Source: Thermoanaerobaculia bacterium (GTDB lineage: Bacteria > Acidobacteriota > Thermoanaerobaculia > Multivoradales > UBA5704). Taken from it: DNA of 64,000 nt. The stretch covers positions 284 to 64,283 of the forward strand of contig DASPXX010000293.1 of assembly GCA_035637095.1 (NCBI GenBank), read 5' to 3'. Within the stretch, counting starts at the first letter, position 1. Every line of letters begins with the position of its first letter. Shown piece after piece: positions 1 to 5,207 of this stretch. The translations under genes and the position numbers were made by a program. Below the pieces are notes generated by a model. It saw only the letters and a program-made list of their open reading frames with translations. It did no database searches and was not told where the DNA came from.

Positions 1-42
1 GGGCCGGATGGGAAGTCAGTGCGCCTAGGTTATTTCGGGACG
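1..42. repeat. Left copy of a 42-bp imperfect direct repeat (inside the oxidoreductase gene 3' end)
   Basis: gggccggatgggaaGtcagtgcgcctaGgttatttcgggacG at 1-42 versus gggccggatgggaaTtcagtgcgcctaCgttatttcgggacA at 2789-2830, 39/42 identical. Flanking sequence is unrelated beyond the repeat. Confidence 0.7.
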
Positions 43-179
43 AAGCGATGACCCGGGCGATCGCGCAGCACGGCATGCGCCCGGTGGTCGACCGCACCTT
101 CGCCTTCGAGGAAGCCCCGGCCGCCTGCGAGCTGATGGCGGCGAGCGGACATTTCGGGAAGATCTGCGTGCGGGTGTAG
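1..179 (+). CDS. C-terminal end of a zinc-type alcohol dehydrogenase / NADPH:quinone oxidoreductase (MDR family) protein; 5' part lies outside the window
   Basis: Frame 3 reads ...RDEAMTRAIAQHGMRPVVDRTFAFEEAPAACELMAASGHFGKICVRV* with stop TAG at 177-179. The tail matches MDR-family oxidoreductase C-termini (..P.ID..F.LEEA..A...L.SG.H.GKI.L.V). No start codon is present in the window. Confidence 0.5.
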   Translation, partial: AGWEVSAPRLFRDEAMTRAIAQHGMRPVVDRTFAFEEAPAACELMAASGHFGKICVRV

Positions 180-220
180 GCCCCGTTGACCGTACATAGG
201 GTTTGTGCGACGCTCTATGC

Positions 221-427
221 ATGAGAACGACGCTCGAGATCGACCGTGATCTTCTCGAAGAAGCGGTGCGGGTCACCGGTGCACCCACAAAATCGGTCGC
301 CGTTCGGCTGGGCCTGAAAGCGCTCGTGGATGAGGCTGCCCGCCAGCGGTTGGCGGCGCTCCGTGGAAAGGTGCCCGAGGTCGAGGTCGCTTCGCGGCGG
401 CGCCCGATTCGGGATGACGCCCAGTGA
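221..427 (+). CDS. vapB: VapB-type (type II TA) antitoxin
   Basis: ORF 203..427 (TTG). The likely ATG at 221 gives MRTTLEIDRDLLEEAVRVTGAPTKSVAVRLGLKALVDEAARQRLAALRGK..., the typical N-terminus of VapB-family antitoxins paired with PIN toxins. Its stop TGA overlaps the GTG start of the downstream PIN gene (caGTGAtc). Confidence 0.65.
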   Translation: MRTTLEIDRDLLEEAVRVTGAPTKSVAVRLGLKALVDEAARQRLAALRGKVPEVEVASRRRPIRDDAQ

Positions 428-798
428 TCCTGGTCGACACGTCGGTCTAGGTCGATTTCTTTCGCGGTACAGAACGCGCGGCGGATCTCGCCGAGCATCT
501 CGAATCCAATCTGGTCTTGCTTCATCCCTGGGTTCTCGGGGAGCTTGTCTTGGGCGGCCTCGGCCCGCGACGGAAATCGGTGATCGCGGACCTGAAGCGG
601 CTTCCTGCCGCGCCACTTGTCCCAGATGAAGAGGTGCTGGAGCTGATTCTGGTGCGCCAGCTCAGCGGACGGGGTGTCGGCTGGGTCGACGTTCACCTGC
701 TGGCGACTGCACTGGTGGCTGAATGCGGGCTCTGGACGTTCGATGGAGACCTTGGAGCAGTGGCTCGAGATCTCGGTGTGGTCTCGGTGCAGGGGTAG
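424..798 (+). pseudogene. vapC: VapC (PIN-domain) toxin gene interrupted by an in-frame amber codon at codon 9
   Basis: GTG at 424 overlaps the vapB stop. Translation is V-I-L-V-D-T-S-V-TAG(448-450)-VDFFRGTERAADLAEHLESNLVLLHPWVLGELVLGG... in the same frame as ORF 517..798 (...VDVHLLATALVAECGLWTFDGDL). The canonical PIN N-terminus is ILVDTSVWIDFFRG, so TGG (Trp) appears to have mutated to TAG. Confidence 0.6.
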
Positions 799-966
799 CC
801 GTGGCTCTCGGGTGATCTCGCGGTAACCAGTGAGACCTGATGCCTTGGAAGTGCAAAGCGGCAAGGTTCGGTGGCACAGCAAAGACCACGTGAACACGCT
901 GCTGGGGCTGTTCGTCCCTGCATTGACTACGCCCGTAGAGCTACTGCATTGGGAAGGAGATATACA

Positions 967-1149
967 ATGAAACCCGATCCCGCAATCGAGGAGATCCGCG
1001 CCGTACGCCACCGGATCTCAGAGGAGTTCGGTCACGACACCAAAGCCCTCCTCGACCACTATCGCGAGTTGGAGAAGCTCCATCCCAACAGAGTCCTGCG
1101 ACCGCACGCCTCGGGTCCGTCCAAGGCTCCAACTACAGCCGGAAAGTGA
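967..1149 (+). CDS. Small hypothetical protein (60 aa)
   Basis: Internal ATG of ORF 871..1149 preceded by a strong SD (ggaaGGAGAtatacaATG). Product is MKPDPAIEEIRAVRHRISEEFGHDTKALLDHYRELEKLHPNRV..., helical and protein-like. No confident family assignment. Confidence 0.45.
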   Translation: MKPDPAIEEIRAVRHRISEEFGHDTKALLDHYRELEKLHPNRVLRPHASGPSKAPTTAGK

Positions 1150-1212
1150 CGCAGGCCGAAGAACTGGCGCCTCCGAGCTGCCGTTCCCCGATTCCCCTGG
1201 GAGCCAACAGCC

Positions 1213-1581
1213 TCAGACAACCGATACAGATACGACTCCCGACGCGTGCCCCTCGGCCTTCGGCCGGATGATGATCTCGACGTCGCGATCGAGGAGAGTG
1301 ACGAAACGCAGCAGCCGTTCGGAGGAGAACCGGTTCAGCTTGTAGTGCTTGAGCTCCGAGACATGGGGCTGCGGAATGCCGAACAGCTCTGCCGCGCGAG
1401 CCTGCGTCAAATGGCGGTCCGCAACCAGCTCGTTGAGCCGCATCGCGAGCTGCACGCGCAGCTTCCGCTCGTCGGCATCCGGGAAGCCAAGATCTACCAG
1501 CACGTCACCGCTTCCCGGGTCGACCGTCTCCGTCCGGCCGAAAAGCTTGCGCCTCTGGAGGTCGCCTGGTCGGCCGACCAT
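1213..1581 (-). CDS. HigA-like XRE-family HTH antitoxin
   Basis: Contains ...DVLVDLGFPDADERKLRVQLAMRLNELVADRHLTQARAAELFGIPQPHVSELKHYKLNRFSSERLLRFVTLLDRDVEIIIRP. The HTH followed by a ..RLLRF..L..DVEI.IRP tail is characteristic of HigA-type antitoxins found with RelE/ParE-superfamily toxins. Confidence 0.6.
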   Translation of the reverse strand: MVGRPGDLQRRKLFGRTETVDPGSGDVLVDLGFPDADERKLRVQLAMRLNELVADRHLTQARAAELFGIPQPHVSELKHYKLNRFSSERLLRFVTLLDRDVEIIIRPKAEGHASGVVSVSVV

Positions 1582-1589
1582 GCCGCTCG

Positions 1590-1844
1590 TCAGGATAGAA
1601 CCTCTCTCCTCATCTCTTCGAGGGTCAAGCTCTTGCCCATCTCAATCTCCGCCCGCGCTTTTTCGATGAGCTCTTGAAACACGCCGCTGGTACTCAAGGC
1701 CCAGGACTCAGGATCAACATCCTTCAGCGACACGATGGCAGCAACAGGCTTGCCGGCTGCTGTAAGCACCAGGATCTCATCGTCCAACTCGTCGGCATAT
1801 GACGACAGCGGGCGGGAGGCTGTCGCAAGCTCGATCTTTTTCAT
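1590..1844 (-). CDS. Phd/YefM-family antitoxin
   Basis: MKKIELATASRPLSSYADELDDEILVLTAAGKPVAAIVSLKDVDPESWALSTSGVFQELIEKARAEIEMGKSLTLEEM. The ..vvvtr.GkPvAvlvs.. core is typical of Phd/YefM antitoxins. Its start ATG sits in ttATGAaaaag, which overlaps the reconstructed stop of the upstream relE-like gene. Confidence 0.6.
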   Translation of the reverse strand: MKKIELATASRPLSSYADELDDEILVLTAAGKPVAAIVSLKDVDPESWALSTSGVFQELIEKARAEIEMGKSLTLEEMRREVLS

Positions 1845-2136
1845 AACTGTACCTCCTCGCCGTCAATCCACACGCTGTTCCCTTCTTCTGCCCGACAGCC
1901 AAGACGCGGACTTCCTTCTCTTGCGTCTCGACATCATAGAATACTCTCAGATCACCAACGCGCAGCTCCCACGGTGCGAGAGGGTTGGGCCGCAGGAGCT
2001 TGCGGTTCCTCGTTTCGACCGTAGGCTCATGCGATAACTGCTGCTCGATCGTGTCGAGAAGCAGTGCACGCTGCCGAGCCTCGAGCTGGCGGAGTTGCCT
2101 CTTCACAGACTCGGCAAAGCGAATTCTGAAGGCCAT
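1777..2136 (-). pseudogene. RelE/ParE-family toxin gene with a -1 frameshift near its 3' end
   Basis: MAFRIRFAESVKRQLRQL...LRPNPLAPWELRVGDLRVFYDVETQEKEVRVLAVGQKKG is a RelE/ParE toxin fold. The listed ORF then runs on as TACGLTARRYSYEK.. into the phd gene. Restoring one A in the run ggaa(a)cagc gives ..KKGNSVWIDGEEVQL* with TGA overlapping the phd ATG (ATGA), the expected ancestral arrangement. Confidence 0.5.
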
Positions 2137-2239
2137 AGCGTTTTCAAAGAGTATCTAGTCGTCTCTCGCCATGGCCCCGGAGCTCAAGTAGGCGACCGCC
2201 GCAGGACGGTCAATCATGGAGCACGGCGCGGCCTTCTCA

Positions 2240-2317
2240 CCTGGATCAAAGCCATCTTCCATGTCCCATCCGCCCGCCGGGGGAGTCCAAGATCGCCCCC
2301 TTCCCCGTCGCCGGCAT
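2240..2317. repeat. About 78-bp segment duplicated at 2865..2935 (about 90% identity)
   Basis: cacctggatcaaagccatcttccatgtcccatccgcccgccgggggagtccaagatcgcccccttccccgtcgcc versus aacctggaccaaggccaccttccacgtcccggtccgtccgccgggggagtccaagatcgtccccttccccgtcgcc. Both translate to ..LDQ(S/G)HLP...RPPGESKI(A/V)PFPVA.., so they are fragments of one decayed gene family. Confidence 0.6.
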
Positions 2318-2512
2318 CGCTTCGGGTCCCTCGGCATCTTCCGGGGGGATACCAAAGGACCGGACCGTGGGCTGAGCCAGCCTCGCCTCTCCCTGGTCCT
2401 CCTCGCCTGCGGTCGGTTCCTGAACACCTCTGCGCGCCGCATCGACTGCCAAGTCCTGGCCGAAGAGCTGGCGCCTCTGGAGGTCCCACCTGCCACGAGC
2501 CCACCGGCTCAC
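2246..2512 (-). pseudogene. Degenerate partial copy of the HigA-like antitoxin gene 5' region
   Basis: ORF 2246..2512 (-) begins ..GRWDLQRRQLFGQ.. and contains ..SFGIPPEDAE... This parallels GRPGDLQRRKLFGR and DLGFPDADE of the intact gene at 1213..1581. Nucleotide similarity of about 25 bp (gagctggcgcctctggaggtc) between 1544-1565 and 2464-2490. Confidence 0.3.
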
Positions 2513-2538
2513 TCGCCTTGTCGTAGTAGACTTAGGGC

Positions 2539-2739
2539 ATGAGCCAGATCCTCCTCGACATCTCGGAAGACTCCCTTCTCGCCCTCAGGGTCTCCGCCGA
2601 GGAGGCTGGAGAGCAACTGCGCATGGCCGCCGCGATCAAGCTTTTCGAGCTCGGCCGGCTCTCCTCAGGAGCCGCGGCAGAGCCGGCTCGAAAAGACCTC
2701 TCGCGGCCCTTCAGGCCGCGGGGTAGATCGGACTCCTAG
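2539..2739 (+). CDS. UPF0175-family antitoxin-like protein, apparently 3'-truncated
   Basis: MSQILLDISEDSLLALRVSAEEAGEQLRMAAAIKLFELGRLSSGAAAEP.. is the typical start of UPF0175 proteins (partners of PIN-like DUF3368 toxins). The usual C-terminal part and a downstream toxin are missing. The ORF ends just before the repeated oxidoreductase-gene fragment at 2789. Confidence 0.45.
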   Translation: MSQILLDISEDSLLALRVSAEEAGEQLRMAAAIKLFELGRLSSGAAAEPARKDLSRPFRPRGRSDS

Positions 2740-2788
2740 GACCCAGGGCGTCGGCCTTCGGCCTCGGCCCTGGGCTATGTTCTCCCGG

Positions 2789-2830
2789 CCCCTTGGGCCG
2801 GATGGGAATTCAGTGCGCCTACGTTATTTC
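2789..2830. repeat. Right copy of the 42-bp imperfect direct repeat
   Basis: See the left copy. Lies between the truncated UPF0175 gene and a decayed ORF remnant. Confidence 0.7.
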
Positions 2831-2839
2831 GGGACAGGC

Positions 2840-3230
2840 CCTTACGGGAGCGTGATGGTCGAGAACCTGGACCAAGGCCACCTTCCACGTCCCGGTCCGT
2901 CCGCCGGGGGAGTCCAAGATCGTCCCCTTCCCCGTCGCCATCTACAAGCATCCCCACGCCAACGGGTTCGTCCTCATCCAACCTGCCCTCGCAGGCCAAG
3001 ATCATCGACCTGGACATGCAGAACGCCTGTAAGGACGCGGCGGAGAAGTTCGCCGCCCTGGACCTCAACTGGTGGACCTGCATCCCCGTAGAGGTCATCG
3101 GCCCGGACCTCCAAGAGATGCGGAACATCCACCTCCGCCTGAAGCCAACTCCCTGGATCGCCAGCGATTGGGGGAGGGGGGACCGGTGAACCGGCTCCTC
3201 CAGTTTTGTCAGCGCGGGTACGAGCTTTGA
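2840..3230 (+). pseudogene. Decayed remnant of an unknown gene (needs at least 2 frameshifts); second copy of the 78-bp duplicated segment
   Basis: Protein-like stretches in shifting frames: MVENLDQ.., then ATFHVPVRPPGESKIVPFPVAIYKHPHANGFVLIQPALAGQ, then AKIIDLDMQNACKDAAEKFAALDLNWWTCIPVEVIGPDLQEMRNIHLRLKPTPWIASDWGRG. No single intact ORF. Confidence 0.25.
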
Positions 3231-3315
3231 ACCCTTGGGGGCCGGCGTCCTGCCGGCCCCTTCACCCTTCACCAAGCGTTCAACCGCATTTGACGCAAAC
3301 CGTCCTCAACCGCCA

Positions 3316-4080
3316 TCAGTAAGGATCTGGGTCATAATCCCCCGGGTCGTAGTCAGCGTTAGCCCATTCCTCTTGCTGGGCCTCATACGCGGCTTGCCAC
3401 CGTCCCTGCATCACCTCGCGTAAACACTCGGGGCGGACGATCAGCAAAGGTAGTATGCGATCCATAATCTCGGCAAATTTGAACAGGTCGAACTCAAAAC
3501 CCTCTTCGAGACTATGAGTGGTGCCGTCTTTTTTCACGGAGTACCGGAACGTATACGACCCTGGGTCAACAGCATCGAACTCGCGGACAATTTGTTCAAA
3601 GTCAGATTGCGTCCGAAGCTCGGGTTCGTCAAAATTCCAAACCTCAGGATCACCCGCTGCCCATGTGTTGAAGATTCGAGAGACTTCTTTGAAGAGGGGC
3701 TTCAGATCGTGCTTCATCAACTCCTTGACAGAGATGGGCACCTCACCTTCATCGCGCAAGAGAACCCCTCCTGCGAACACGATTGCCTTGAGACTTAGCT
3801 CAAATGCTTGGCGATACATAAAAACAATAGGGTATGCCTGGAATTCATTGCCGGGATACAGGCCGCGAGTGGCCTTTAGAACTTCGATCCGCTCCTGTGC
3901 GACCAAATGATAACTTCTGGCAATTCGCTCCAGATCTTGGATAGGGTCTCTGTCCCAATTGAGCATGACACGCCCAGGATTCCTCCAACCTCCTTCCGGA
4001 CGCTGAAAGAGAACGCGCTTTGGTTTCGCCTTCACGCTGCTTGGCGCCGAGTTGAGTCCGCCTAGCCCTCTTTTAACCAT
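3316..4080 (-). CDS. Hypothetical protein (255 aa) with an acidic Tyr/Asp/Pro-rich tail
   Basis: Internal ATG of ORF 3316..4470 with SD (GGAGGtcggcattgcATG). MVKRGLGGLNSAPSSVKAKPKRVLFQRPEGGW...YPIVFMYRQAFELSLKAIVFAGGVLL...SYTFRYSVKKDGTTHSLEEGFEFDLFKFAEIMDRILPLL... ending DYDPGDYDPDPY. The upstream 390 nt of the listed ORF is Gly/Arg-rich low complexity and probably not translated. No family recognised. Confidence 0.45.
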   Translation of the reverse strand: MVKRGLGGLNSAPSSVKAKPKRVLFQRPEGGWRNPGRVMLNWDRDPIQDLERIARSYHLVAQERIEVLKATRGLYPGNEFQAYPIVFMYRQAFELSLKAIVFAGGVLLRDEGEVPISVKELMKHDLKPLFKEVSRIFNTWAAGDPEVWNFDEPELRTQSDFEQIVREFDAVDPGSYTFRYSVKKDGTTHSLEEGFEFDLFKFAEIMDRILPLLIVRPECLREVMQGRWQAAYEAQQEEWANADYDPGDYDPDPY

Positions 4081-4519
4081 GCAATGCCGACCTCCTCCCT
4101 GTATCGATGCCTTACTGATCTGGTGATCGGAACGACTGCCACCGTTCCGTCGCCACTCTGGCGCGCCCTGGCATTTTAGCAGGCGCCGGCTCTCCTGATC
4201 TTCTTCCCCCGCCCCGAACCACCAAAAAAGGACAGCCGGCCAGTCGGACATCTCCGGCCCCCTCTCGTCGCCGGCTCGCCTCGTCCCCCGCCTATCGACG
4301 TTCGTCCCTGCCACCCCGCCCCCACCCGCCCCGTGAGGCCCCTGTGCGGCCCCAGGTCGTGGCGCCGTGGCTACGGCCAGCCAACGGCCGCCTCTAAGTT
4401 TCTTTGCTGGAGTGCTTTGCATGCTTTCCAGGGGCGGCACCGCCCCACCGACACCGTGATTTTCAGTCAAATGCCCTGCTGTGGTCCGCGGGGTGACGGC
4501 GCTTCGAGTCGTTGAAACG

Positions 4520-4550
4520 CCCCGGGGGCGAGAGAGCCTCGCCCCCGGGG
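4520..4550 (-). terminator. GC-rich hairpin downstream of the small minus-strand ORF (terminator-like)
   Basis: Perfect 13-bp inverted repeat cccgggggcgag-agagc-ctcgcccccggg. On the minus strand it follows the ORF stop (about 4569) within 20 nt and is followed by CGUUUC. Confidence 0.35.
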
Positions 4551-4568
4551 AAGAGAGCTACAGGGACG

Positions 4569-4868
4569 TCAACCCTTCTTCTTTTCTGCCGCAGCCTTCG
4601 CAGCCTTCAACGCCTCGAGCTCCGTTTCCAGCTTGACGATTTTCTCGTCCGGCGTCAGGCGGCGCCGCGGCTTCGGCAGGCGCGGCTTGACGCCGAAGGC
4701 CAGCAACGCCATGCTGTCGACCCCGAAGACGCTCTGCACGCCGGCGGCCAGCTTGTTGCGGAGGCTGCGCCCGCGGCGCCGGATCTCGCGGCTCCGCCGG
4801 TTCGTCTCGCGCAGCTCACTGCGTTGGACGTCCTGGATGCTCTGGATCTCCTCGCCCTCGACGATCAC
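4569..4868 (-). CDS. Small basic hypothetical protein (99 aa from GTG, or 47 aa from the internal ATG near 4712)
   Basis: ..RRRLTPDEKIVKLETELEALKAAKAAAEKKKG has a coiled-coil/lysine-rich C-terminus and is Arg-rich upstream. Flanked downstream by a hairpin and upstream by the iteron-like array. No clear SD. Family unknown. Confidence 0.3.
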   Translation of the reverse strand: MIVEGEEIQSIQDVQRSELRETNRRSREIRRRGRSLRNKLAAGVQSVFGVDSMALLAFGVKPRLPKPRRRLTPDEKIVKLETELEALKAAKAAAEKKKG

Positions 4869-4919
4869 CTCTTCGAGCTCTCATGGGGGAGGCCCGGCAA
4901 CCGCGGCAGCTCGGCGTGC

Positions 4920-5107
4920 ACGGTCCGAGATAGCGGCAAACCGGCCGAGATAGCCGCTAACGGGACGAGTTAGCCACTAACTCGACGAGTTAACGGCTAT
5001 CTCGGCCGAGATAACGGTTAACCGGGCCGGTTAGCGGTAAACCGGACGAGTTAACGGCTATTCGCGGCCGTTTAGCCGTTAGCGGGCCGGGATAGCGGTT
5101 GAAAACG
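4920..5107. repeat. Iteron-like array: 9 tandem degenerate units of about 20 bp
   Basis: ccgagatagcggcaaaccgg / ccgagatagccgctaacggg / acgagttagccactaactcg / acgagttaacggctatctcgg / ccgagataacggttaaccggg / ccggttagcggtaaaccgg / acgagttaacggctattcgcgg / ccgtttagccgttagcggg / ccgggatagcggttgaaaacgg. Consensus about cCGAGtTArCGGyTAaCCGG. Several units are internally palindromic, for example GAGTTAGccaCTAACTC and GGTTAACC. Confidence 0.7.
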
Positions 5108-5162
5108 GCGCCCCCTCCCCCGTGGAGCGGGAGGGGCACCACCGCCCGCTCCCCGGAGCTCC
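5106..5162 (-). terminator. Two overlapping GC hairpins downstream of the BNR-protein gene; the first is followed by a U-tract on the minus strand
   Basis: Plus-strand cccctccc-ccgtggagc-gggagggg and ggagcggg-aggggcaccaccg-cccgctcc are mutually exclusive stems. On the minus strand the first hairpin is followed by gcgccGUUUUC and lies about 45-100 nt after the stop of the 1110-aa gene. Confidence 0.45.
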
Positions 5163-5207
5163 TTCCAGACAAGGCACCCCTGATTGGGAGGGACGGGGCG
5201 GGGGGTT

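Noticed and set aside
25-1011. 328-aa minus-strand ORF spanning the oxidoreductase end and the vapBC locus
   Set aside because: Ser/Arg/Pro-rich nonsense translation. The plus strand encodes recognisable oxidoreductase, VapB and PIN sequences.
1-2830. Integron cassette array (attC sites) as an explanation for the TA block
   Set aside because: The 42-bp repeats and inter-cassette junctions lack the R''-L''/L'-R' inverted core sites (GTTRRRY) of attC, and there is no intI-like gene.
4512-4973. 153-aa plus-strand ORF opposite the small basic protein gene
   Set aside because: It runs into the iteron array and has Leu/Arg/Ala-rich low complexity. The minus-strand ORF has the more protein-like coiled-coil tail and a downstream hairpin. 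The call remains uncertain.
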